DNA of 64,000 nt from an uncultured Desulfuromonadales bacterium (GCA_945787465.1 CALZIZ010000002.1:7908-71907); one strand, 5' to 3'. Numbered from the stretch's first letter, positions 52,200-62,677 are shown. Translations and numbers: made by a program. The notes: generated by a model from the sequence alone, not told the origin.

Positions 52200-53158
52200 A
52201 CCACCCCCGCCCTGAGAAGATCGTGCATGTGGACAATTCCTACCGGTGAGCGGCTCTGATCCTCTTCGAAGACAAAGAGCGAAGTAATGGTATGCTCCTC
52301 CATCCGCTGCAGGGCCTTAGCTGCGAGATTGGAGCGTAGTATCCGCTTGGGGTTCTGCGACATCACCTCTGAGATGGGGCGCATCAGGCAATCAATCCCC
52401 TTCTCCATCACCCGGCGCAGGTCGCCGTCGGTAAAGACCCCGAGCAGTTCCCCCTGGGCATCGACGACTCCGGTAATTCCGAGCTTTTTGTTGGTGATCT
52501 CGAAGAGGGCGTCTTTAAGGGGCGTATCCGGGCTGACCATGGGAACCTGGTCGCCGGTATGCATCAATTCTTCCACCCGCAGCAGCAGCCGCTTACCGAG
52601 AGCACCACCGGGGTGAAAGAGGGCGAAGTCCTCCTCTTTGAACCCGCGCTGGATCAACAGGGTCACCGCCAGGGCATCGCCCATGGCCAGGGTGGCCGTG
52701 GTACTGGCGGTAGGAGCCAACCCCAGGGGGCAGGCCTCTTCCTCGATGGAGATATCGAGAAATACATCTCCTGCCCGGGCCAGGGTCGATCTGGGGTTGC
52801 CGCTCATAGTCACCAGCGGCAGGCCCATGCGCTTGATCACCGGCAGGATGCGGCACACCTCTTCGGTTTCGCCCGAATTGGAGACGGCGATCACCAGATC
52901 ACCCCTCATGAGCATGCCCAGGTCGCCGTGGATGCCTTCGGCTGGGTGCAGAAAAAACGCCGGGGTGCCAGTCGAAGCCATGGTCGCGGCGACCTTCTGG
53001 CAAATCAGTCCCGACTTGCCCATCCCGGTAATCACCACCCGCCCCTTGCAGGCCAGGATCATCTCGACAGCCTTCTCAAAATCGCCATCGATGCGCGCGG
53101 CCAAAGCCAGCACAGCCTCAGCCTCTATTTTAAGTACTTTCTTTGCGGTTTCGATCAT
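52196..53158 (-). CDS. kdsD: Arabinose-5-phosphate isomerase (SIS plus tandem CBS domains)
   Basis: 320 aa with GRVVITGMGKSG and a CBS pair at the C-terminus. Confidence 0.92.
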   Translation of the reverse strand: MIETAKKVLKIEAEAVLALAARIDGDFEKAVEMILACKGRVVITGMGKSGLICQKVAATMASTGTPAFFLHPAEGIHGDLGMLMRGDLVIAVSNSGETEEVCRILPVIKRMGLPLVTMSGNPRSTLARAGDVFLDISIEEEACPLGLAPTASTTATLAMGDALAVTLLIQRGFKEEDFALFHPGGALGKRLLLRVEELMHTGDQVPMVSPDTPLKDALFEITNKKLGITGVVDAQGELLGVFTDGDLRRVMEKGIDCLMRPISEVMSQNPKRILRSNLAAKALQRMEEHTITSLFVFEEDQSRSPVGIVHMHDLLRAGVV

Positions 53159-53168
53159 ATAAACTCCA

Positions 53169-53242
53169 GGTTAAAAGGCTCAAGGTGCAAGGTTCAAGTA
53201 AAAACAACCAAACCCTATTCCTTTATCCTTTAACCTTTTACC
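53169..53242. repeat. Heptad-periodic repeat blocks of opposite polarity between kdsD and kdsA
   Basis: GGTTAAA AGGCTCA AGGTGCA AGGTTCA AGTAAAA (53169-53203), then CTATTCC TTTATCC TTTAACC TTTTACC (53215-53242). The last unit overlaps the kdsA stop codon. Confidence 0.55.
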
Positions 53243-54062
53243 TTTTTTTTACGACTGCGTCGATCGCCAGCATCTGCTCGAGCATCCCGCGAAGATTCTG
53301 CAGGGGCAACGAATTGGGCCCGTCGCACAAAGCCTGCTCGGGATTTTCATGCACCTCCCAGAACAGCCCGTCGATACCAGCGGCCACCGCTGCCCGCGAC
53401 AGGGGCGCCACGAACTGCCGCTGCCCCCCGGAGGACGTGCCCGAGCCGCCGGGAAGCTGCACCGAATGGGTGGCATCGTAGATGACCGGGAAGCCGATTT
53501 CGCGCATGATCACCAGCGAGCGCATATCGGTCACCAGGTTGTTATAACCGAAGGAGGCACCACGCTCGGTGAGCAGAATATTGCTGTTGCCCGTCGATTC
53601 GATCTTACCCACGGCGTTGGCCATGTCCCAGGGAGCCAGAAATTGCCCCTTTTTGACGTTGACCACCTTACCAGTGCGTCCGGCGGCCACCAGCAGATCG
53701 GTCTGCCGGCTGAGAAAAGCGGGGATCTGAATGATATCAAGAACCTGAGCAGCTGCCTGGACCTGAGACTCGCCATGAACGTCGGAGAGAACCGGCAGTT
53801 CGAACTCATCCTTGACCTTCTGCAGGATGCGCAGCCCCTCATCCATGCCGGGACCGCGGAAGGAGTCGACCGAGGTGCGGTTGGCCTTATCGTAAGAGGC
53901 CTTGAATACCAACCCGACACCGAGCTCGGTGCACAGCTGCTTGAGGTAGCCGGCGATGCGCAGGGTCAGGTCTTCGTTTTCAATGGCGCAGGGCCCGGCA
54001 ATCAGTACCAGGGGCCGATTGCCGCCAAAAACCAGGTTACCGACGGAAACTTCGCGAACCAT
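53238..54062 (-). CDS. kdsA: 3-deoxy-8-phosphooctulonate synthase
   Basis: 274 aa with KASYDKANRTS and DATHSVQLPGG motifs. Confidence 0.95.
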   Translation of the reverse strand: MVREVSVGNLVFGGNRPLVLIAGPCAIENEDLTLRIAGYLKQLCTELGVGLVFKASYDKANRTSVDSFRGPGMDEGLRILQKVKDEFELPVLSDVHGESQVQAAAQVLDIIQIPAFLSRQTDLLVAAGRTGKVVNVKKGQFLAPWDMANAVGKIESTGNSNILLTERGASFGYNNLVTDMRSLVIMREIGFPVIYDATHSVQLPGGSGTSSGGQRQFVAPLSRAAVAAGIDGLFWEVHENPEQALCDGPNSLPLQNLRGMLEQMLAIDAVVKKR

Positions 54063-54063
54063 C

Positions 54064-55719
<1,656 letters not shown>

Positions 55720-55787
55720 TCAACTTCATAAAGTTTTGCCCAAAGGGGTGATTCTACACAGATGGCCCGTAAAAGAAAACCGAAAAT

Positions 55788-56546
55788 TTACCGCGGGGAA
55801 TTCATCTGCAACCTCGCCCTCACCCGCTCCAGGTCCTCTGGCGTATCCACACCGTAACTGAGGAGTTTCGTCTCGGAAACGCGGATTTTGTGACCATGCT
55901 CCAGCGCCCTGAGCTGCTCGAGTTTTTCCAGATTTTCCAGGGGCGTCGCCTCGAGGCGGGGATAGGCGAGCAGAAAGTTCTTCCGATAGACATACAAGCC
56001 GATATGCTTAAAGGCAGGCAGGGCTGAAAAGTGAGCGGATAGATCATCGGCGAGATCCCGCCCGTGGGGGATGGGGGCGCGGCTGAAATAAAGGGCGAAC
56101 CCCTGACGATCAACCACCACCTTGACCACGTTGGGGTTAAGGTATTCCTCCACCGAGCCCAGAGGGGTCATCAGCGTCCCCATGGGGATGGAGTCATCGG
56201 CCACCAGGGGCACCACTGCCTGGTCGATCATCTGCGGGTCGATCATCGGCTCATCCCCCTGGACATTAACCACGAGGTCCGTCTCGATGCGGGCGGCCAC
56301 CTCGGCCAGGCGGTCGGTGCCGGTGGGATGGTCGGCGCGGGTCATCTGCACCGCGCCTCCGAAACCCTTCACGGCGTTGCTGATCCGCTCGTCATCCGTG
56401 GCCACGATTACCTGGTCGATCAACTTCGACTGGGCGGTACGCTCGTAAACCCACTGGATCATCGGCTTGCCATGAATCTCTGCAAGGGGCTTTCCGGGAA
56501 ACCGGGTGGAGGCGTAACGAGCTGGGATAACAGCGGTAACACGCAT
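55788..56546 (-). CDS. kdsB: 3-deoxy-manno-octulosonate cytidylyltransferase
   Basis: Start taken at MRVTAVIPARYASTRFPGKPL (ATG 56546). Confidence 0.93.
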   Translation of the reverse strand: MRVTAVIPARYASTRFPGKPLAEIHGKPMIQWVYERTAQSKLIDQVIVATDDERISNAVKGFGGAVQMTRADHPTGTDRLAEVAARIETDLVVNVQGDEPMIDPQMIDQAVVPLVADDSIPMGTLMTPLGSVEEYLNPNVVKVVVDRQGFALYFSRAPIPHGRDLADDLSAHFSALPAFKHIGLYVYRKNFLLAYPRLEATPLENLEKLEQLRALEHGHKIRVSETKLLSYGVDTPEDLERVRARLQMNSPR

Positions 56547-56695
56547 GGTGATTGGTCCTTTCGACTGGCAGGGGATTACAAACCGGCTCAGAGTAAAGAA
56601 AAGCCAAGGGGATGTCAAGGCACGCAAGAGGCAGGGGCAAGGGGAATTTTCTACGTCAGAACAAATGGTTGTGATTTAATTTAAGGCACCAAACC

Positions 56696-56728
56696 AAAAC
56701 AGGGAACGCTCGGTGCGTTCCCTGTTTT
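56696..56728 (-). terminator. Rho-independent terminator after the sulfite reductase gene
   Basis: AAAACAGGGAACGC-TCGGT-GCGTTCCCTGTTTT: a 14-bp perfect stem incorporating A/T runs. Confidence 0.75.
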
Positions 56729-56820
56729 GTCGGGTGTTATCAGATGGGTGTTTTGCGAAGAAGTAGAGCACTTTCTGGCAGGTCTGGCAGCCCCAAAAGG
56801 AAATCGGTTACAGCCAAACC

Positions 56821-58116
56821 TCAGCCGATCTCCCCCACCGCTGCCAGCAACTGTTCAAGGCTCAAACCCTGGCGGATCGCCTGGCCAAACGCCTTTCCTT
56901 CCCGGCGGTACAGGTCAAAGCGGGGCGCTTTTTTGCCGCCGTCACCGGAAACAAGTTTCGAGGTGATGATGCCATAATCACCAAGCTGGGGCTGGGAGCA
57001 GGAATTGGGGCAACCCGAGATCGCCCAGACGGCCTCCCTACCTTTCGCGCCCAGAGCTTCAACCACCTGCCGGGTCACATCGCGTGTGGCCGAAAGCCCC
57101 ATGCAGCACTCGTGGTTGCCGGGGCAGACCCTGAAGGTGACCTGTGGCCCGCCAAAACCCGCCTCGTCAAGGGCCTTGCGCAGCGCATCGCCACCGGACT
57201 CGCCATCAACAAACAAAGCCACATCCTGGTCGGCGGTAAGGGTCAGGTAGCCCCCTGCGTGCTCGTCGGCCAAGTCGGCCAGTCGATTCATGTCGGCCGC
57301 CGCAAGCTCACCGGCGAAAACCGGCACCACGACCCGCTCGCCTTTGGCAGTCAGGGCCCCATCGAGGGGCGTGGCGATCTCGAGGGTCTTACCGAAAGCC
57401 GGCTCGACCTCGACCAGTTCACGAAACCGCTGTTCACCAATTTTCTGAACCAGATGCTTGAGGCGCTTGGGTTTGGGGGTGTGGGTCTTGTAAACCCGCA
57501 CCACCGCTTCGACGATGGGGATCACCCGGTTTTCCGCAACCCGCCCTGCCAGTTTGAAGGCTTCGGTGGGCTGGCGGCCCAGACCGCCTGCCGCCCAGAC
57601 GTCGTACCAGCGCTGACCGTCCTCGGTCCCCAGGTAAACCAGCCCCAGATCCTGAATCAGGTGGCGCGAGCCTTCATAACTGCCTTCAACGGCGATTTTG
57701 AACTTTTTGGGCAACCCCTCGAAATGAGGATTGCCGGCAAAGTGCCGCTGCAGCTTCCTGGCCAGCACCTGAACCTCCCCGAAGCCTTCGGACAGGCCGG
57801 TACTGCAAGAGATGCCCCGCACCGCTCCGCCGCAGGCGCCGCGCGAAGTCAGCCCCACAGCCGTCAGCTCGGATGTCACCGCAGGCAGATCAGGCCACTG
57901 AACCCAGTGCAACTCAATTGAGCCACGGCTGGTCAGATGCAGCACCCCGTTGGAAAAACGCTCAGAAATGGCCGCGACCCGCTTTGCCTGCAGGCCGGAG
58001 ATCACCCCGGCGGGCACCTTCACCCGCAACATCAGGTTGCCCTCCTTGTCCTGCTGGTAAATCCCGTCAATGCGCAGCTTCTGAAAATCAATAGCACCGG
58101 CTGTGGACATGAACAT
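56821..58116 (-). CDS. Nitrite/sulfite reductase family protein (assimilatory sulfite reductase-like, siroheme/[4Fe-4S])
   Basis: 431 aa with NIR_SIR ferredoxin-like half domains and a C-terminal Cys cluster (CPGNHECC ... GCPNSCSQP). Last gene of the cys operon. Confidence 0.75.
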   Translation of the reverse strand: MFMSTAGAIDFQKLRIDGIYQQDKEGNLMLRVKVPAGVISGLQAKRVAAISERFSNGVLHLTSRGSIELHWVQWPDLPAVTSELTAVGLTSRGACGGAVRGISCSTGLSEGFGEVQVLARKLQRHFAGNPHFEGLPKKFKIAVEGSYEGSRHLIQDLGLVYLGTEDGQRWYDVWAAGGLGRQPTEAFKLAGRVAENRVIPIVEAVVRVYKTHTPKPKRLKHLVQKIGEQRFRELVEVEPAFGKTLEIATPLDGALTAKGERVVVPVFAGELAAADMNRLADLADEHAGGYLTLTADQDVALFVDGESGGDALRKALDEAGFGGPQVTFRVCPGNHECCMGLSATRDVTRQVVEALGAKGREAVWAISGCPNSCSQPQLGDYGIITSKLVSGDGGKKAPRFDLYRREGKAFGQAIRQGLSLEQLLAAVGEIG

Positions 58117-58180
58117 TCTCTTTGACCTTCCAATATATTAAGGATCAAGAAGCAAGGACCGATAGAGCAACCGCCGGCCC

Positions 58181-58278
58181 CCTTCTACCTTCTACCTTCT
58201 ACCTTCTACCTTCTACCTTCTACCTTCTACCTTCTACCTTCTACCTTCTACCTTCTACCTTCTACCTTCTACCTTCTA
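58181..58278. repeat. Perfect heptanucleotide tandem array (CCTTCTA)x14, which is (TAGAAGG)x14 on the transcribed strand
   Basis: 98 bp counted directly. Its distal end encodes the last two Arg codons and the TAG stop of cysNC. The array ends 64 nt upstream of the sulfite reductase start. Confidence 0.97.
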
Positions 58279-60158
58279 CAAAGCTCCTTGACGATCTGCT
58301 CGGCGATTTCCTCAGGCGACGCCTGGGCCCCGTGAACGACGATCTCGGGCGACTCGGGCGGTTCGTAAATCGAGTCGATACCGGTCACATGTTGCAACTC
58401 TCCGGCGCGGGCCTTCTTGTACACCCCGGTGGTATCGCGCTGCTCGCAGACCTCGAGGGGGGTATCGACGAAGATTTCGATAAATTCCCCCGGCTCCAGG
58501 ATTTCGCGGGCCATGCGGCGCTCGCTCCTGAAAGGCGAGACGACCGAAGCTATCACAATCAGCCCCGAGTCAACAAACAGTTTGGCCATTTCGGCAACCC
58601 GGCGGATATGTTCGACCTGGTCTGCGTCACTGTAGTCGAGATCGCGGTTGATGCCATGACGCAGGTTGTCGCCATCGAGGATATAGGTATGCCGGCCGAG
58701 ACTGTGGAGCTTTTTCTCAACCAGGTTGGCGATGGTCGACTTGCCCGCCGCCGGCAGCCCTGTAAACCAGAGAACTTTCGGGCTTTGTCCCTTGAGTTCG
58801 GCGTGGGCCTGCTTGTCGATGTCGAGCGACTGCCAGTGACTGTCGGTGCCACGCTGCAGCGGCGCTGAGATCATACCGGCGCCGACGGTGGCGTTGGTCA
58901 GGCGATCGATGAGAATGAAATTGCCGGTGCCCCCGTTATCCAGGTAGCGATCGAAGGAGATCGGCTTGCTGGCACTAATGGTACACACCCCCACCTCGTT
59001 CAGGGCCAGGGTTTTGCCTGGTTCCTGCTGCAGGGTGTTGACGTTGACCTTGAACTTGAGGTCGCTGACCTGGGCGGGCGCCGTGGATGAACCGGCCTTG
59101 AGCAGGTAACTGCGCCCGGGCAGCAGGGCCTCTTCGTGCAACCAGACCAGGCTGGCCTCGAACTGCTCGGCGAAATAAGGCCGTGCTTCGGAGGCACCAA
59201 GCATGTCGCCACGACTGATGTCGATCTCGTCGGTCAGGGTCAGGGTCACGGCCTGGCCGGCGACGGCCTCGGGCAGGTCGCCATCCATGGTGACGATGCG
59301 CTCGATGCGGCTGGTCTGGCCCGATGAGCTCACCAGCACCTCGTCACCGGGGCGGATCACCCCCGAGGCAATGGTGCCGCAGAAACCGCGAAAGTCGAGA
59401 TTCGGCCGGTTGACCCACTGGACCCGCATGCGAAACGGCTTGCTCGCCGCGACATCGTCGACCTGGACGGTTTCCAGATGCTCCATCAAAGTCGGCCCCT
59501 GGTACCAGGGGGTCTTGTCACTGTGCATCAGCACGTTATCCCCCTCCAGGGCAGAGATGGGGATGGCGGTGACCTGTTCAAAGCCCAGGCCCGCGGCGAA
59601 AAGTTCATACTCTTCGAGGATGGCCTGGAAACGCTCGGCGCTGTAGTCGACCAGGTCCATCTTGTTGATCGCCAGTACGACGTTGCGGATACCGACCAGC
59701 GACACCAGGTAGCTGTGCCGCCGGGTCTGGGTCAACACCCCCTTGCGGGCGTCGATGAGGATAACCGCGACCTGGGCGGTGGAGGCTCCGGTGACCATGT
59801 TGCGGGTATACTGCTCGTGGCCCGGGGTGTCGGCGACGATGAACTTGCGCTTGTCGGTCGAGAAGAAGCGGTAGGCGACATCGATGGTGATCCCCTGCTC
59901 GCGCTCGGCCTGCAGGCCGTCGAGCAGCAGGGCGTAGTCGATATTCTCCCCCTGGGTGCCGACGCGCTTGCTGTCGGCCTCAAGGGCGGCCAACTGGTCC
60001 TCGAAGACCATCTTCGAATCCCAGAGCAGGCGGCCGATCAGGGTACTCTTGCCGTCGTCGACGCTGCCGCAGGTGATAAAGCGCAGCATCCCCTTCTCTT
60101 CCTGGGTCTTGAGATAGGCGTGGATGTCCTCGGCGATCAGATCAGATTGGTGAGCCAT
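58269..60158 (-). CDS. cysNC: Bifunctional sulfate adenylyltransferase subunit 1 / adenylylsulfate kinase
   Basis: 629 aa. N-terminal GTPase (GSVDDGKST, DTPGH) and C-terminal APS kinase (FTGLPAAGKSTIA). Confidence 0.94.
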   Translation of the reverse strand: MAHQSDLIAEDIHAYLKTQEEKGMLRFITCGSVDDGKSTLIGRLLWDSKMVFEDQLAALEADSKRVGTQGENIDYALLLDGLQAEREQGITIDVAYRFFSTDKRKFIVADTPGHEQYTRNMVTGASTAQVAVILIDARKGVLTQTRRHSYLVSLVGIRNVVLAINKMDLVDYSAERFQAILEEYELFAAGLGFEQVTAIPISALEGDNVLMHSDKTPWYQGPTLMEHLETVQVDDVAASKPFRMRVQWVNRPNLDFRGFCGTIASGVIRPGDEVLVSSSGQTSRIERIVTMDGDLPEAVAGQAVTLTLTDEIDISRGDMLGASEARPYFAEQFEASLVWLHEEALLPGRSYLLKAGSSTAPAQVSDLKFKVNVNTLQQEPGKTLALNEVGVCTISASKPISFDRYLDNGGTGNFILIDRLTNATVGAGMISAPLQRGTDSHWQSLDIDKQAHAELKGQSPKVLWFTGLPAAGKSTIANLVEKKLHSLGRHTYILDGDNLRHGINRDLDYSDADQVEHIRRVAEMAKLFVDSGLIVIASVVSPFRSERRMAREILEPGEFIEIFVDTPLEVCEQRDTTGVYKKARAGELQHVTGIDSIYEPPESPEIVVHGAQASPEEIAEQIVKELCRR

Positions 60159-60175
60159 ACGTATAACTCCATAAA

Positions 60176-60238
60176 TTTTGAATTTTGAATTCTTGATTTT
60201 GAATTAAATTCAAAATCCAAAATTCGAAATCTTGAATT
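60176..60238. repeat. AT-rich heptad-periodic palindromic element between cysD and cysNC, containing a 23-bp perfect palindrome
   Basis: TTTTGAA TTTTGAA TTCTTGA TTTTGAA, then TTCAAAA TCCAAAA TTCGAAA in 7-bp phase. GATTTTGAATT-A-AATTCAAAATC is perfect (60195-60217). Confidence 0.9.
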
Positions 60239-60257
60239 GAACTTTTAACGCTCGACG

Positions 60258-61163
60258 CTAAAAGTACCCCTCCTGCTTCTTCTTCTCCATGGAGCCGGCC
60301 TGATCGTGGTCGATCAGTCGCCCCTGGCGCTCCGAGGTGCGGGTGAGCAGCATCTCCTGGATGATCTCCGGCAGGGTGGCGGCGGTCGATTCAACCGCCC
60401 CGGTCAGCGGGTAGCAGCCCAGGGTACGGAAGCGCACCGACTTCATTTCAACCTTCTCGCCGGGGCGCAGCTGCAGGCGCTCGTCGTCGACCATGATCAG
60501 CATGCCGTCACGCTCAACCACCGGGCGCTCCTTGGCAAAGTAAAGCGGAACAATGGGGATATCCTCGAGGTAGATGTACTGCCAGACGTCAAGCTCGGTC
60601 CAGTTGGAGAGCGGAAAGGCACGGATGCTCTCACCGGGGCGCACCTTGGCGTTATAGAGGTTCCAAAGCTCGGGGCGCTGGCTTTTCGGATCCCAGCGGT
60701 GGGTCTCGGTGCGAAAGGAAAAGATCCGCTCCTTGGCCCGCGATTTTTCCTCGTCGCGCCTTGCGCCGCCGAAGGCCGCATCGAACTTGTACTTGTCCAG
60801 AGCCTGCTTGAGCCCCTCGGTCTTCATGACATCTGTATACAGTGCCGAGCCGTGGGTAAAGGGGCTGACCCCCTGACGGATGCCATCCTCGTTGCTGTGA
60901 ATCAGCAGCTCGAAGCCGCATTCGTTCGCCATGCGGTCGCGAAACTCGATCATCTCCCGAAACTTCCAGGTCGTATCGACGTGCATCAGCGGAAAAGGAA
61001 TCTTGGCCGGAAAGAAGGCCTTGCGCGCCAGATGCAGCATCACGGCGGAATCTTTCCCGACAGAATAGAGCATCACCGGGTTTTCGAACTCGGCCGCGAC
61101 CTCGCGGAGAATGTGAATGCTTTCCGCCTCGAGCTGGCGCAGATGGGTCATTTTGGTACTCAT
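60258..61163 (-). CDS. cysD: Sulfate adenylyltransferase subunit 2
   Basis: 301 aa starting [24 protein letters not shown]-reductase-like fold, ending EKKKQEGYF. Confidence 0.95.
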   Translation of the reverse strand: MSTKMTHLRQLEAESIHILREVAAEFENPVMLYSVGKDSAVMLHLARKAFFPAKIPFPLMHVDTTWKFREMIEFRDRMANECGFELLIHSNEDGIRQGVSPFTHGSALYTDVMKTEGLKQALDKYKFDAAFGGARRDEEKSRAKERIFSFRTETHRWDPKSQRPELWNLYNAKVRPGESIRAFPLSNWTELDVWQYIYLEDIPIVPLYFAKERPVVERDGMLIMVDDERLQLRPGEKVEMKSVRFRTLGCYPLTGAVESTAATLPEIIQEMLLTRTSERQGRLIDHDQAGSMEKKKQEGYF

Positions 61164-61215
61164 ATCTCTTTACTCCCTCCCGAATGTCTTCGGGTGTTCC
61201 AGGGGTTTTTCAAAC

Positions 61216-61299
61216 CAGAATGCAGAAGGTAAAAGGTAGAAGAAAGTCAAAAACCCGTTTCTCCTTCTACATTCTGTCTTCTGAATTCTACCTTCTGCC
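61216..61299. repeat. Heptad-periodic repeat blocks of opposite polarity between cysH and cysD
   Basis: CAGAATG CAGAAGG TAAAAGG TAGAAGA, centre AAGTCAA AAACCCG, then TTTCTCC TTCTACA TTCTGTC TTCTGAA TTCTACC TTCTGCC, all in one 7-bp phase. Abuts the cysH stop (61301). Confidence 0.8.
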
Positions 61300-61300
61300 T

Positions 61301-62014
61301 TCATCTCCGATGCAGCCCGCACTCCTTGTGCTCCGGATCCTCCCACCACCAGCGCCCGGCCCGGGGGTGCTCGCCGTCCTTGATGGCCCGGGTGCAGGGG
61401 GCGCAGCCGATGGAGGGGTAACCCTGGCGGTGCAGTTTGTTGACCGGCAGACGTTTGCTTTCGGCGTACTCCCAGACCTGCGCCTCGCTCCACTCGAGCA
61501 GCGGATTAATCTTGAGGATGCCGCCGTTGCTGGTATCAACTTCGAGGGGAGCCAGCCCGGTGCGGGTGACGCTCTGCTCGCGACGCAACCCGGTAATCCA
61601 GCCGCCGAGCCCCTTCAAGGCACGTTGCAGCGGCTCGACCTTGCGGATGCGGCAGCATTCGTGGCGATTGTCCAGACTTTCGCGAAAGGAAAACAGCCCC
61701 TTCTCTCGCTCCAGCTTTTCTACGGCGTCGCGCTCAGGAAAGAACCAGTCGATAGCGATGCCGTAACGCTGGGACACGGCCTCTGCCACCTCGTAGGTCT
61801 CCTCGTTGAGGCGACCGGTGTCGAGGGCAAAAAGCCGGACTTGGGGGGCGACCTCTTGCAGCAGGTCGACAATCACCACATCTTCGACGCTGAAAGAGCA
61901 GGCCAGAGCCACAGGGCCGTCGGCAACTTTCAGGCCGGCAGAAATGATCTCGGCCGGACTGGCCTCCTGGGGGAGTTCGGGTAGCTGGATGTTTTTTTCA
62001 GAGGGCAAAGACAT
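61301..62014 (-). CDS. cysH: Adenylyl-sulfate (APS)/PAPS reductase, thioredoxin-dependent; Fe-S (APS reductase-type) Cys motifs present
   Basis: 237 aa with CC (ECCRIRKVEPL) and CxxC (SIGCAPCT) motifs plus C-terminal ECGLH. GGAGGA RBS. Confidence 0.9.
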   Translation of the reverse strand: MSLPSEKNIQLPELPQEASPAEIISAGLKVADGPVALACSFSVEDVVIVDLLQEVAPQVRLFALDTGRLNEETYEVAEAVSQRYGIAIDWFFPERDAVEKLEREKGLFSFRESLDNRHECCRIRKVEPLQRALKGLGGWITGLRREQSVTRTGLAPLEVDTSNGGILKINPLLEWSEAQVWEYAESKRLPVNKLHRQGYPSIGCAPCTRAIKDGEHPRAGRWWWEDPEHKECGLHRR

Positions 62015-62032
62015 GGAAATCCTCCAGAAGGG

Positions 62033-62257
62033 TTAGATTATGTATTCGGGCTGTTTTTCTTCGCGACCATAGTTTACGCGGTTCCAGATCCGTTCGTGGC
62101 CAAAGTACACCAGAAACTTGATGCTGGTATCCGCAAGGCCAATACCCGCGGCAAATTCCATTTCACCGGTAACCTGGTAAACAATAACAGTGGTAATCAC
62201 TGTCGCCAGAATTCTCCATGACAGGGCTTTCACAATGCTGCGACGGGTAGTTTCCAT
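62033..62257 (-). CDS. DUF2061 small membrane protein (first gene of the cys operon)
   Basis: 74 aa (RSIVKALSWRILATVITTVIVY...FLVYFGHERIWNRV). Confidence 0.8.
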   Translation of the reverse strand: METTRRSIVKALSWRILATVITTVIVYQVTGEMEFAAGIGLADTSIKFLVYFGHERIWNRVNYGREEKQPEYII

Positions 62258-62677
62258 TTGTACGCCTCGAAGATTTTCGATACTGACCTTAATCGACAGC
62301 GCCTCAATTCAACAGCGCTTCACTCAATTTTATTTCGTGGAAGACTATCTAACTACACCATACATGTCAAGTAAAAACACCAGAAACAACCACCAGAGAG
62401 TCAATAAAGCCTCTAATCATCCCGATGACTATTTCCTGCCAACTGTTTCCATCCTTCTAATTCGTTTATTTTCAGGTACTTGTATAGATCTGCACACCTG
62501 AATCGTTACTACACTATCAAACTCAAGTAACGGGCTGATTTCAAATTTTGCAGCAGGGAGGGAATAAAGGGAACCCAAAAAGACCACAGGAATCCAGAGA
62601 TTTCGGTTCTACCGGAAACCTGGTGGCCAAAACTATTGGGTTGAAGGTTTGTTACAAGGGGGGGGGAGAAAGGGAAA

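Noticed and set aside
58122-58868. 248-aa plus-strand ORF with LPSTFYL repeats.
   Set aside because: It is an artefact of translating the (CCTTCTA)x14 array and the antisense strand of cysNC.
58181-61299. Possibility that the tandem arrays are CRISPR arrays.
   Set aside because: The units are 7 bp and contiguous with no unique spacers, and no cas genes are present.
62258-62677. AT-rich 420-bp region upstream of the cys operon. It has a weak TTGACA-type promoter and direct repeats ATCGACAGCGC / TTCAACAGCGC (62292-62318). I considered a riboswitch or a CysB-type site cluster.
   Set aside because: I recognise no riboswitch motif. The repeat match is only 9/11, and the promoter -10 is poor. There is not enough evidence to call a feature.
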